Below are positions 41,760 to 51,493 of a DNA stretch of 64,000 bases, one piece after another; the stretch's first letter is position 1, and each line of letters opens with the position of its first letter. Under the pieces are notes generated by a model. That model was given only the letters and a program-made list of their open reading frames with translations, had not been told where the DNA came from and searched no databases. This stretch comes from Marine group II euryarchaeote REDSEA-S42_B7. Lineage in GTDB: Archaea; Thermoplasmatota; Poseidoniia; Poseidoniales; Thalassarchaeaceae. The stretch covers positions 6,850-70,849 of the forward strand of contig LURZ01000001.1 of assembly GCA_001629255.1 (NCBI GenBank). The letters are read 5' to 3'. Both the position numbers and the translations under genes were made by a program.

Positions 41760-42767
41760 TTGGTAACCATGTCTGGCATATTCAACTCGGAATTGGACTC
41801 AATTCTCGAGGGGACGTCACGCTCCTTCTACCTCTCCCTGAAGGAATTGCCTAGGGCCATCAGGCCTCAAGTTAGCCTTCTGTATATGCTTGCAAGGACT
41901 TCTGACACTATCGCAGACTCGGAAGGAGGGGAACCGAAGGAACTCTTGGAGGCTCTAGAGTCATACGATGATTTTACACAAGGACGGTCCTCAGACGCTC
42001 CGGAATTGTCTTCCTTCTCACAGTTTCAAAGCAATAAATCAGAAGGACTCCTTCTGAAGAATGTAGAGACAGTGGTGTCCAGGATTGAAGGATTCTCTGA
42101 CTCTGATCAGGAGGCAATTCGCTCATGCTTGGGAATCATCATCAGTGGACAGATTCTGGATTTGAATAGATTCTCACTCGCAGAGGAGGACATCGCTTCT
42201 ATAGAGAAAGATGATGAATTAGATGACTATGCATATCGAGTTGCTGGGAGTGTGGGTGAATTCTGGACCCAGATGTCGTTAACTCATCTATTCAAATTAG
42301 AATCTGAGAAGGAGAATGAGCTATTCGAGAAAGGCGTTAGGTTCGGTAAGTCACTACAGATGATCAACATCCTCAGAGATATTCCATCAGACCTTGCTCT
42401 AGGACGATGCTACATTCCCCGAAAAAGTCTGGAAGAACACAAATTGAGTCCACAAGACCTATTGGACAATTCGAAAATGGAATCCTTCAGGCCACTTTAT
42501 GACGAATATCTAGACTTGACCTCAAAGTATCTGGAGTCAGCAATCCAGTATATCGAAATGATACCTCACTCGCAGTTCCGCCTTAGAGGGTCTTGCATGC
42601 TTCCAGTAATAATTGGAAAGAGGACTGTTTCACTGCTTAGGGGTAGAAACGTTCTTGACCGAAAAGACAGGATAAAGATTGATAGATCTGAAATCAAGGA
42701 GCTAGTCAAGAAGGTTGTCATGGCCGTCCCATTCAAAGAATCTAGCAAGAGACTCCTAAGAGTTTGA
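41760..42767 (+). CDS. squalene/phytoene synthase-family protein (HpnC-like)
   Basis: Asp-rich motif SDTIAD, YAYRVAGSVGEFW (region II) and NILRDIPSDLALGRCYIP (region IV) are hallmarks of head-to-head isoprenyl diphosphate synthases. Confidence 0.65.
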   Translation: MVTMSGIFNSELDSILEGTSRSFYLSLKELPRAIRPQVSLLYMLARTSDTIADSEGGEPKELLEALESYDDFTQGRSSDAPELSSFSQFQSNKSEGLLLKNVETVVSRIEGFSDSDQEAIRSCLGIIISGQILDLNRFSLAEEDIASIEKDDELDDYAYRVAGSVGEFWTQMSLTHLFKLESEKENELFEKGVRFGKSLQMINILRDIPSDLALGRCYIPRKSLEEHKLSPQDLLDNSKMESFRPLYDEYLDLTSKYLESAIQYIEMIPHSQFRLRGSCMLPVIIGKRTVSLLRGRNVLDRKDRIKIDRSEIKELVKKVVMAVPFKESSKRLLRV

Positions 42768-42872
42768 TCACATATTTTCGAGTGTTTTCAGCTCTAAAAC
42801 TAATGATGCGCATTCCAATCGCACTCGGGAGACATTCAAGTGGACCCCGATACCGGCAACTTCTGAAGAGTT

Positions 42873-44123
42873 ATGGAGCCGGGCAAGGATTCCGACATCG
42901 AGATCGTTCTCGAGGGCGAAATGCATGAACCTAGTTTTCCGGATCCATCAACTAGTCAAGAAGAACAGATCGATATCGTCAGAGCGACTGTCGGCCTAAC
43001 AAAGGAAGCGGCCAGAGCAATCAGCATTACTGCTATCGAGGCAGTTAGGGAGGGGGCTCTATTTATGGGGGTAATAGGATCAAGAGGAGAGTTGTTTGAC
43101 CCGTTCAAGCATATCGATGCGGCAATATGGTCAGAATCAGAAATCCCCGAGCATATGATACAAACATCATACGAATTCTGTGAAGAACTCACTCGTAGGG
43201 AGGCTGGAAATTTTTACCACTCCTTCAAGTATCTCCCGGATGAGAAGAGACAGTCAATAATGGCATACTACGCCTTCTGTAGAAGGGCCGATGACATCGC
43301 AGACGGGGACTTCGTGGATATTTTCCCCGGAGGATCTTCGGACGATCCGGAGTCTGTGGACTATAGATCAAGTATTGAGAGACTGAGCCCGGGGAATCCA
43401 GTATTGGATAGATCGACCTACAATGACAAGATGTCGCAGTTATTCTACTACAGAAAGAAACTATCCACAGCGTACGGCAATGTCACTTCAACCGATCCGA
43501 TCTTCATTGCCCTAAAGGATACTGTCAGAAAATACGGTATTCAGAGGCAACTTCTCGACGATATGATCAGTGGTATGGAGAATGACTTCCACAAGAATAG
43601 GTATCAAACCTTCGAGGAACTGTATTCATACTGCTACAGAGTTGCGTCCACAGTCGGTCTAGTCTGCATAGAGATTTACGGGTACGACGATCCAAAGGCC
43701 AAGGAATATGCAGAGTCTTGGGGCGTATTCATGCAACTCATCAATATTATCAGGGACGTTGCGGAAGATGCTCAGCGCGATCGAATATACCTCCCAATGG
43801 AAGATTTAGCAAGATGGGGAATTTCAGAGGAAGACGTGAAGAGTGGCAAGGAACTACTCAACCACCCTGGATGGGCTCCTTTCGTAGAGGAGTATTTGGA
43901 CAGAGCCGATGGATACAGACAGCGCGCCTTCAAGCTACTCTCCCATCTGGACAAGTCGGCTCGCTACTCTCCAGCAGCAATGGCATCTTTCTACCAATCG
44001 ATTATGGCGAAGATAACCAAGAAGAACGGAGATGTTTTCACAGAGAGGATTCAGCTGACCAAAACGGAGAAGATCCTGCTTGCTGGATATGTGTACGCGA
44101 GGTACAGATTCTTTGGCTTCTAA
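42873..44123 (+). CDS. phytoene/squalene synthase-family protein (CrtB/HpnD-like) with N-terminal extension
   Basis: AFCRRADDIADGD (first DxxxD), YCYRVASTVGLVCIEIYG and INIIRDVAEDAQRDRIYLPMEDL (second Asp-rich motif). There are about 90 extra N-terminal residues. Confidence 0.7.
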   Translation: MEPGKDSDIEIVLEGEMHEPSFPDPSTSQEEQIDIVRATVGLTKEAARAISITAIEAVREGALFMGVIGSRGELFDPFKHIDAAIWSESEIPEHMIQTSYEFCEELTRREAGNFYHSFKYLPDEKRQSIMAYYAFCRRADDIADGDFVDIFPGGSSDDPESVDYRSSIERLSPGNPVLDRSTYNDKMSQLFYYRKKLSTAYGNVTSTDPIFIALKDTVRKYGIQRQLLDDMISGMENDFHKNRYQTFEELYSYCYRVASTVGLVCIEIYGYDDPKAKEYAESWGVFMQLINIIRDVAEDAQRDRIYLPMEDLARWGISEEDVKSGKELLNHPGWAPFVEEYLDRADGYRQRAFKLLSHLDKSARYSPAAMASFYQSIMAKITKKNGDVFTERIQLTKTEKILLAGYVYARYRFFGF

Positions 44124-44189
44124 TGGTAATATCCACATCATCAATTTTCTTATGGAAGATGTATTATTCAATAGTAAGGAGGATTAGAT

Positions 44190-45959
44190 ATGAGGGTGGC
44201 TGTTCTTCTCGAGGAGAGGTGCAAACCGAACAGCAATGCCTTTGCGTATCTGAAGAAGTATTCAGAGATGTGCGAAAGAGAATGCATTCAGGTAGAGGGA
44301 TCAAAATGCAAGATACTGGAGGCGGCATGTCCCGTTTGCTTCACACGAGCCAAGCACTGTCCCGATGGGGCCGTAAAGATCATCAATCTTCCAGAGGAAT
44401 TGGACACCGACCTCACTCATTCCTACGGTGAGAACGCATTCAGGTTGTTCCGCCTACCTTCTCCTCGACAAGAACAGATAGTAGGAATATTAGGTCCCAA
44501 TGGAATTGGAAAGTCCACAGCCATAAACCTCCTTTCCGGAACATTCAGGCCGAATCTCGGGGATTGGGAGAATTCATCACCAGATTGGGACGAGGTAATT
44601 TCCACGTTCCCAAGAGGTGAACTCAGAGACTACCTCGGAATGGTGTCTACGGGCGAAGTCAGTATTGCAGTAAAGCCCCAGTACATCGATAAGCTACCAC
44701 GGATATTCGATGGAGAAGTGCGGGAACTTCTAGCGAGAGTAGACGATAGAGGAGAGATGGAAAACTACACTGAACTCATGGGAATCTCCCATATTCTAGA
44801 CAGAAAACTTGGGGATCTCTCTGGTGGCGAATTACAGAGGGTGGCGATTTGTGCTACCCTACTCAAGGAAGCCGACGTCTACTTTTTCGACGAGCCATCT
44901 TCATACTTGGACATATATGAGAGAATGAGAATGGTGGGAGTGGTGAGGGGGCTAGCAGAAAAGGGAAAGAGGGTACTGGTAGTAGAGCACGATTTGGCAA
45001 TTTTGGATGTTCTTTGTAATTCCATTCACGTCATCTATGGGGAGAGATCAGCCTACGGGATTTTCACTCCCCCCAGATCCACTAGGACTGCGATAAATGC
45101 ATACCTTGACGGCTTCCTCCCGGAGGAGAATGTCAGGATTAGAGACAAGCCGATACAGTTCCTGAGGGGGCGAAATCGCGGTGAAGAGGTAGGCACTCCC
45201 ATTCTAAAATGGGGAGACATAGAGAAGACTCTAGGAGACTTCAGCCTGACTACAGGAAAGGGCGAGGTGAAGTCCGCTGAGGTCGTTGGAGTAGTTGGTC
45301 CGAATGCTACAGGAAAGACGACTCTGGTGAAGATAATTGCTGGAGAGATAGATCCCGACGAAGGTTGGTGTACCATGGATGCCAAGGTATCATACAAACC
45401 TCAGCACGTTCGTGCAGACTTCGAGGGAACCGTACAAGAATGGTTAGATACGGAGATTGGAGGAAAATGGCGAAGTGGCGAATTCCATACCCAAGTAACT
45501 AGGGCCCTACAGGTTGACAAAATGGTTGACTTGCATGCGACTAAACTTTCAGGAGGAGAACTTCAGGCAGTCAGTATCGCTATCTGCTTGGGAAAGGAGG
45601 CGGATCTGTATCTGTTCGACGAGCCCAGTGCACATCTAGATGCCAATGCTAGAATGGAGGCTGCAAAAGCGATCAGGAGGACCATGGAAAGTAATGAGAA
45701 GGCTGCGATGGTCATAGATCATGACACCTACTTCCTTGACATAGTTAGCGACTCTGTTCTGGTATTCCAAGGCAAGGGAGGGGATCATGGAAAGGCTATC
45801 GGCCCACTATCACTCCGAAAGGGAATGAACCTCTTTCTATCCGATGCCGATGTTACTTTCAGGAGGGACATAGAATCACATCGTCCAAGGATAAACAAGC
45901 CTTCTAGCAGGAAGGACCGAGAGCAGAAATCATCCGGTGAATACTTCTACTCCGACTGA
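44190..45959 (+). CDS. ABCE1/RLI ribosome-recycling ATPase
   Basis: An N-terminal 2x[4Fe-4S] ferredoxin-like Cys cluster, then twin ABC domains (GPNGIGKST / LSGGELQR). There is a strong AGGAGG motif 7 nt upstream of the ATG. Confidence 0.9.
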   Translation: MRVAVLLEERCKPNSNAFAYLKKYSEMCERECIQVEGSKCKILEAACPVCFTRAKHCPDGAVKIINLPEELDTDLTHSYGENAFRLFRLPSPRQEQIVGILGPNGIGKSTAINLLSGTFRPNLGDWENSSPDWDEVISTFPRGELRDYLGMVSTGEVSIAVKPQYIDKLPRIFDGEVRELLARVDDRGEMENYTELMGISHILDRKLGDLSGGELQRVAICATLLKEADVYFFDEPSSYLDIYERMRMVGVVRGLAEKGKRVLVVEHDLAILDVLCNSIHVIYGERSAYGIFTPPRSTRTAINAYLDGFLPEENVRIRDKPIQFLRGRNRGEEVGTPILKWGDIEKTLGDFSLTTGKGEVKSAEVVGVVGPNATGKTTLVKIIAGEIDPDEGWCTMDAKVSYKPQHVRADFEGTVQEWLDTEIGGKWRSGEFHTQVTRALQVDKMVDLHATKLSGGELQAVSIAICLGKEADLYLFDEPSAHLDANARMEAAKAIRRTMESNEKAAMVIDHDTYFLDIVSDSVLVFQGKGGDHGKAIGPLSLRKGMNLFLSDADVTFRRDIESHRPRINKPSSRKDREQKSSGEYFYSD

Positions 45960-46503
45960 GATGAACCATTGGCTTCTTGAGGGACTATTACGGCCCGACA
46001 ACGTGGCAGAAGAGTCAGAGGACGGCGGGTCAGAGGAATCATCCAATGAGGAAATAGACCTCGAGGCTAGAGTTTCCGAACTGGAGGAGGAGCTCCAGTA
46101 TGCCAAGGCAGAAACGGTAAACATCGCTCAAAGAGCTGCCAGGGACCGCTCTGAGACTCTGAAGTACGGCGGCGCCTCTCTCGCTAGGAGGCTTATTCCT
46201 GCTTTAGACCACCTTTCCAAGGCTCTAGAAGCTACAGAAGTAGGTGAAGGGACAGAGTCAGTAATTGCAGGCGTGCGACTCACCCTAGATGGACTCAGGT
46301 CATCTCTAGAGTCAGAGGGAATCAATGAGATCAAAGCCCTAGGAAACGATTTCGATCCTACTTGCATGGAGGCGATTGCCACAGTACCCTGCCCAGAAGG
46401 AAAGAATCCTGGGAGTGTGATAGAAGTCATCGAAACTGGATACAGGATGCACGACCGCATCCTCAGAGCATCAAAAGTCGTTGTCGCTGAGGGTGACTCG
46501 TGA
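45937..46503 (+). CDS. grpE: nucleotide exchange factor GrpE
   Basis: An acidic N-terminus, a coiled-coil ELEEELQYAKAETVNIAQRAARDRSE and a C-terminal beta domain (…HDRILRASKVVV). It lies about 30 kb away from dnaK. Confidence 0.8.
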   Translation: MNTSTPTEMNHWLLEGLLRPDNVAEESEDGGSEESSNEEIDLEARVSELEEELQYAKAETVNIAQRAARDRSETLKYGGASLARRLIPALDHLSKALEATEVGEGTESVIAGVRLTLDGLRSSLESEGINEIKALGNDFDPTCMEAIATVPCPEGKNPGSVIEVIETGYRMHDRILRASKVVVAEGDS

Positions 46504-46997
46504 GTAGGAAAGGCAGAGCCTACTTGCTCGTGTTCGGAATAATTATCACATATGCTGGGGCAGTGTTCGCAATACAAATTGCAGCTCCAGATAACCCAAT
46601 AGAACCCGACAATTTCCCGACCAATTGTCCCGAAGATTCGATTAACTGCTCATTAATTGCACCAAATCACCATAGAAGTGGAAACCTCACAGAGATCAGA
46701 ATCAACGCTAGTTTATCCGAGGTAATGGCTGAAGTCAGAAAATGGATTGATTCCCAATCGGGAACTAGCACCATAGGAGATTGGCCCGAACAAACCCATG
46801 CAGTATTCAGAACTCTTATCCTGAGGTTTCCAGACGACTTCATAGTGCAAGGTTTCTGTGATAATGGCGATAGCGTCCTGTATGTTTACTCACAGTCACG
46901 CCTCGGTGTTTCTGATCTAGGAGTCAACAAAGCGCGAGTCGAGAGCTTCGCTGAGCATATGGCCAACGTCGAAATGGCTACATCAGAATGCGTCTAG
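46500..46997 (+). CDS. hypothetical membrane-anchored protein (DUF1499-like)
   Basis: An N-terminal TM helix and a conserved-looking C-terminal block YSQSRLGVSDLGVNKARV. Confidence 0.35.
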   Translation: MSRKGRAYLLVFGIIITYAGAVFAIQIAAPDNPIEPDNFPTNCPEDSINCSLIAPNHHRSGNLTEIRINASLSEVMAEVRKWIDSQSGTSTIGDWPEQTHAVFRTLILRFPDDFIVQGFCDNGDSVLYVYSQSRLGVSDLGVNKARVESFAEHMANVEMATSECV

Positions 46998-47015
46998 GGG
47001 TGTCCGGCGCTAACC

Positions 47016-47330
47016 TTGTCTGCAATTATTGACCCCGATATCCGAAAAGCTCACACCCTTCCGTCCGCATTCTACACAGATCCTGAGAAATTCGAGCAAA
47101 TCATGGAGGGATTTTCGCTAAATTGGCACATTGCAGCCCACGAGAGCCAGCTTTCAGGTAAGTCGGCAATTGAGCTGAGGCATCTGGAGAGTTTGCTGGG
47201 GGAGCCAATGATATTGGTATCCGGAGATGAAATCAGGTGCATATCGAACGTTTGCACCCACAGGGGGATGGATTTCCTGCTGCTGAAGATGATCTCAGAA
47301 CATTCCCCTCTACATCCTGGAAGGGACTGA
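47016..47330 (+). CDS. N-terminal Rieske-domain fragment of a Rieske non-heme iron oxygenase (truncated by frameshift/decay)
   Basis: The first Rieske ligand pair is present (C-x-H in CTHRG). The frame stops before the expected second C-x-x-H, and no frame in 47280-47340 supplies it. Confidence 0.5.
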   Translation: MSAIIDPDIRKAHTLPSAFYTDPEKFEQIMEGFSLNWHIAAHESQLSGKSAIELRHLESLLGEPMILVSGDEIRCISNVCTHRGMDFLLLKMISEHSPLHPGRD

Positions 47331-47959
47331 TTTTCACTGGTCTACAGCCATCTGGTATGGAAGCCTGTTTGGGAGAGATGGAATCTAGGGTTGGATGGAT
47401 GCCGATTGAGAAATTCGAATATGATAATTCTAGGAATAGGTGCTATGAAATCAGAGCAAATTGGGCCCTGTATGTTGATAACTACTTGGAGGGTTTCCAC
47501 ATCCCATTCGTCCACAATGACCTCAATAGGACTCTGGACTACGACGATTATAGAACTGAGATTTTCAATGGTGGAGTGCTGCAGATTGGTATCGCTAGAG
47601 ATGGGGAGCCTAGCTTCGAGATCCCTGAGGAATCACCCGACTTCGGGCTAAAAGTTGCAGCTTATTATTACTGGATTTATCCAGGTCTAATGCTCAACTT
47701 CTATCCATGGGGCCTATCTGTCAACTTAGTCCTCCCATTGTCAGTTGATCGTACTAGGATAGAGTACTATGGATTTGTATGGGATAAGAAATTCCTAGGG
47801 AAGGGTGCCGGAGGAGACCTAGACAAGGTCGAGGAAGAAGATCAGTTTGTGGTAGAGTCTACACACAGGGGCGTATCATCAGTTTCCTACGAAAGAGGGC
47901 GATACTCTCCTTCCAAAGAGATAGGCGTCCATCACTTCCACCAAATGCTATCATCTTAG
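47237..47959 (+). CDS. catalytic (mononuclear iron) domain of a Rieske non-heme iron oxygenase alpha subunit, in a different frame from its Rieske N-terminus
   Basis: NWALYVDNYLEGFHIPFVHND matches the ring-hydroxylating oxygenase alpha-subunit iron-binding motif (D/E-x3-D-x2-H-x4-H). Confidence 0.55.
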   Translation: MHIERLHPQGDGFPAAEDDLRTFPSTSWKGLIFTGLQPSGMEACLGEMESRVGWMPIEKFEYDNSRNRCYEIRANWALYVDNYLEGFHIPFVHNDLNRTLDYDDYRTEIFNGGVLQIGIARDGEPSFEIPEESPDFGLKVAAYYYWIYPGLMLNFYPWGLSVNLVLPLSVDRTRIEYYGFVWDKKFLGKGAGGDLDKVEEEDQFVVESTHRGVSSVSYERGRYSPSKEIGVHHFHQMLSS

Positions 47960-47990
47960 AGTCAATTGATAACTAATTGTCCATTCGGCA

Positions 47991-49991
47991 GTGCCTATGT
48001 CCCGCCAAAGAACTATTGCTACTTTGCTCGTCTTTCTATTGTTGTTGCCCGGATGTCTAAGTGATGAAACATTAGAGAATCCGGAAATTGAAGATTGTTC
48101 CACAATCATAGGAGACTCCTGCGAAAGCGAAGATACTACTGGAGGCGAGGAGGCCGTAGAGGAAGAGATATCAATATCAGGAACTAGTTTCTGCGACAAT
48201 ACAAATCCTGACCATTGCCTTTTGCCATTCCCCTCTTCTGCATTCCTTAATTCTGATTCCGGAACCATTACCGGATATAGATTGGACATCGATGGAGAGG
48301 CTATACCTGACTCAGCCTCCGCTGAGTCGGAAGATTTCCATATGCTAAATAGCAAGGACGGCCACTCCCCTTCCTCACAGATATTTACGACGTTTACTAG
48401 CATTCCCGATATATCCGGGCTCGCTTCTCAAGACTCTATACCCTCCTCACTTCTCCCTGGACACAACAGTCTCGTCTTAAATATGGATACGGGCCAGATA
48501 GTAGAACATTGGGTCGAAATCTCGGCCCGGACCCAGGAAGGCGAGCAAACCCTAGTCCATGTCCGAACCATACGAGGACTCGATCACAACACTCAGTACG
48601 CAGTTGCATTCAGGTCACTGACAGACGGAAGCGGAGATACAATCTCACCCTTCCCGGGGTTCAAAGCATTAAGGGATGGATTAGTAACTAACAACCAACA
48701 GATAGAGTCTCTCAGATCCAGCTACGAATCTATGTTCTCCTCTCTTTCTGAGATTGGCTATGAAAGGCAGAATCTTACAAGTGCATGGTGGTTTCACACT
48801 GCATCCAGCCAGTCAATCATGGGGGATATAATCTCGATGAGAAATAATGCAACCCAACTTCTAGGCGATGATGGGATAGGGTGCAATATTACGGCGGTGA
48901 ATGAGAATTATGCCGAAGACAACACAACTCTCAGGAGAATAAGTGGCACCATTACAACTCCTCATTATCTTGAATCCACATATCCCCCAACACCCATGAC
49001 CCGTTCAGAGGACGGAACTCCCAGATTCAACTTTCTGACAGAGGTTGTGTTCACAATTACGATCCCCAAGTCCGCTGCAGACGATTCACAACCTGCACCT
49101 CTCGTGGTCCTTGGGCATGGCTTCATGGGAGATGGAGAGGGCATGGTCACTGAAGCCAGAGGCTGGGCTAATGAATATGGATTTGCCACCATAGGAACTG
49201 ATTTTAAGGGTTGGAGCTCTGATGGAGATTTTGGTGCTTATACCTTCGCATTCCTAAATCCGAACTATCTACAACACCAGTCCGAGAGACTCCAGCAATC
49301 TTTGATCAATCATCTTGCAATGATTATTACAATCAAAGGGGTTTGCTCTGACCTCCCTGAATTTTACCACAACGGGGTGAACTTGGTGGACACTACCGAT
49401 ATCGATTACATGGGAGTATCACTTGGGGGAATAAGGGGCCCATCAATGCTGTCTCTAATTCAAGAAATTGACCGAGGAGTTCTTTGGGTGGGAGGCTCAT
49501 CTTTCAGCTTCATTGCTGAGAGATCCACACAATATACCCAATTTGAGGAGCTTTTCTCATCTTCTCTTGCTTACGAATCTACAATGGACAGATCGATAAT
49601 TATTGCACTTATGCAATCTATGTGGGATACTACTGAGCCTGAAACATACCTTCCTTTTGTTGACGGGGGGATGGATGGGGAACTACATCCCTACGAGATA
49701 CTCTATGTGGTTTCAATCAATGACGCGCAGGTCACGACACTCTCTGCGGATCGAGCCTCCAGGACTTCTGGAATCCCCGTTCTATCAAACTCCACATATC
49801 ACCCGTACGGTGTCGAAGTTGCCGATGCTCCGATTTCAGGTTCTGGTATTGTTTACTTCGATGGAGGATTCCCTGCAGTGCCATCAGGAAACATACAGGG
49901 GCCTATGGTGGAAGTGGCCAATGACTTTCTATTGAGTGGGGAGATAACTGACACTTGTTCGGGTGAGTGTTACTTCGAAGGGACTTGGTAG
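47991..49991 (+). CDS. secreted alpha/beta-hydrolase-fold lipoprotein
   Basis: Signal peptide with lipobox-like LLLLPGC, and a GxSxG nucleophile elbow (GVSLGG) within a VVLGHGFMGDGEG core. Length is 666 aa. Confidence 0.5.
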   Translation: MPMSRQRTIATLLVFLLLLPGCLSDETLENPEIEDCSTIIGDSCESEDTTGGEEAVEEEISISGTSFCDNTNPDHCLLPFPSSAFLNSDSGTITGYRLDIDGEAIPDSASAESEDFHMLNSKDGHSPSSQIFTTFTSIPDISGLASQDSIPSSLLPGHNSLVLNMDTGQIVEHWVEISARTQEGEQTLVHVRTIRGLDHNTQYAVAFRSLTDGSGDTISPFPGFKALRDGLVTNNQQIESLRSSYESMFSSLSEIGYERQNLTSAWWFHTASSQSIMGDIISMRNNATQLLGDDGIGCNITAVNENYAEDNTTLRRISGTITTPHYLESTYPPTPMTRSEDGTPRFNFLTEVVFTITIPKSAADDSQPAPLVVLGHGFMGDGEGMVTEARGWANEYGFATIGTDFKGWSSDGDFGAYTFAFLNPNYLQHQSERLQQSLINHLAMIITIKGVCSDLPEFYHNGVNLVDTTDIDYMGVSLGGIRGPSMLSLIQEIDRGVLWVGGSSFSFIAERSTQYTQFEELFSSSLAYESTMDRSIIIALMQSMWDTTEPETYLPFVDGGMDGELHPYEILYVVSINDAQVTTLSADRASRTSGIPVLSNSTYHPYGVEVADAPISGSGIVYFDGGFPAVPSGNIQGPMVEVANDFLLSGEITDTCSGECYFEGTW

Positions 49992-50002
49992 CCTCTGGGG
50001 GG

Positions 50003-50881
50003 TCAAATTCTTTCTTCCCTGTTTCCAGATGTCCAGTCGTAAATCCCCTTTCCTGTCTTTTTACCCAAATTTCCGGATTCCACCAGTTTCTTTAGTAGTG
50101 GGTGCGGTTTGTAGGAATCGTCCTCAAAGGCCTCCGCCAAACTATTCAGAATATCCATCCTAACATCGAGACCCACTAGATCGGATAACTCCAAAGGTCC
50201 CATAGGATGAAGATAACCTAATTTCATCGCAGTGTCAATATCACTTGCTGATGCAACTCCTTCTGCCAGCATTCTGATTGCCTCATTACCCAATACTACT
50301 CCCAATCTACTGGTAGCAAATCCTGGAACGTCATTTACTAGTATCGTGGTCTTGCCCATAGACTCCCCTACTTTTTTAGAAATCGCAATCGTTTCCTCTG
50401 ATGTTTCTCCGTGCTTCACTATCTCGAGTAATGGCATCAGCGGGACTGGATTGAAGAAGTGCAAACCGACAAACCTCCAGGAAGTTTGGATTTCAGTGGC
50501 AATCTCCGTAATGGAAAGCCCCGAGGTGTTTGTTGCTAGGACTGCTTCCTTGGGTGCCAAACCCTCGAGTTTCCGGAAGACCGACTTCTTCAAGTCAATC
50601 TTCTCGGGGACTGCTTCTATAATCAGGTCCATACCTCTGGAAGCCTCACTTATGTCGGAGGTAGTACACAGGTTAGCCTTCCATGATGAAACCTCAACCT
50701 CTCCCGTCTTACCTTTCTCTATACCCTTCTGCCAGAAATTCAGTATACTCTCCTCGCCCTTCTTCAGAGATTTAGGAAACGCGTCGTAGAGTACAGTTTC
50801 CCATCCGGTCTGAGCGCAAACCTGGGCTATCCCAGATCCCATAGCGCCAGCGCCGATGATGCCCACTTTCCGAATTACCAC
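50003..50881 (-). CDS. 3-hydroxyacyl-CoA dehydrogenase (NAD-binding)
   Basis: VGIIGAGAMGSGIAQV Rossmann motif plus a C-terminal 3HCDH domain. The start is probably the GTG at VVIRKVGIIG (about 50881), which avoids a 60-nt overlap with the upstream gene. Confidence 0.8.
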   Translation of the reverse strand: MVIRKVGIIGAGAMGSGIAQVCAQTGWETVLYDAFPKSLKKGEESILNFWQKGIEKGKTGEVEVSSWKANLCTTSDISEASRGMDLIIEAVPEKIDLKKSVFRKLEGLAPKEAVLATNTSGLSITEIATEIQTSWRFVGLHFFNPVPLMPLLEIVKHGETSEETIAISKKVGESMGKTTILVNDVPGFATSRLGVVLGNEAIRMLAEGVASASDIDTAMKLGYLHPMGPLELSDLVGLDVRMDILNSLAEAFEDDSYKPHPLLKKLVESGNLGKKTGKGIYDWTSGNREERI

Positions 50882-50915
50882 GAGATGCGGAGAGCACCTC
50901 TCCCCATAAGCCGTA

Positions 50916-51488
50916 CTAACCCTCACGCCCGTATGCCGCGAGTGCTGACTGGAACAGTCTTTGTCGCGGTACGTCATGCTCTAGGAAGCATGTGAATGGC
51001 GCCACGTCTTTCAAAAGCTCAATCGATGAAATGTATGCGCCATAGATGAATGGGTCCGCACTCTCTGTGGAAGGAATCTGGATACCTAGCTTTGACAGGC
51101 CTTTCCTGGTATCTTCGTCCCATATCGAGTAGGTGTGGTGAGTGAAGTGAAGATAAGCGGAGAGCCTCCTAACATCGGATCTCGCCTTGTCGGTCAAACT
51201 CTCGATAAGAAGGGTGTCTGGATACTTGATTGCGTACAGGGATAGCAGCACTTCTCGCTGTGTTTCCTCTTTCCATTCTCTCTTTCCGAGGCCCATCCAA
51301 TCGTCAATCATATCTAGCATCTCGGGAGTGTAAGGTCTGCGGACTTTGTATAGCAACTCCTCGTATGAAGAAGCATCCTGGTCATCGGAGTGATGATGGT
51401 CGTGGAAGAGATCAGTCAGTCTCTCAAAGAACGGTCGACATGCCTCTTTGTCAAATGAGGATAGCGCAACATGCTGCATTATGGTCAC
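50916..51488 (-). CDS. hypothetical protein (possible accessory subunit of the adjacent di-iron oxygenase)
   Basis: Helical and His-rich near the N-terminus (HDHHHSDD). It begins with GTG 5 nt after the oxygenase stop, in another frame. Confidence 0.3.
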   Translation of the reverse strand: MTIMQHVALSSFDKEACRPFFERLTDLFHDHHHSDDQDASSYEELLYKVRRPYTPEMLDMIDDWMGLGKREWKEETQREVLLSLYAIKYPDTLLIESLTDKARSDVRRLSAYLHFTHHTYSIWDEDTRKGLSKLGIQIPSTESADPFIYGAYISSIELLKDVAPFTCFLEHDVPRQRLFQSALAAYGREG

Positions 51489-51493
51489 CTCGT

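Noticed and set aside
43718-44431. A 237-aa plus-strand ORF overlapping the end of the phytoene-synthase-like gene and the ABCE1 start
   Set aside because: Alternative frame of two well-supported genes with Arg/Gly-rich nonsense composition. Spurious.
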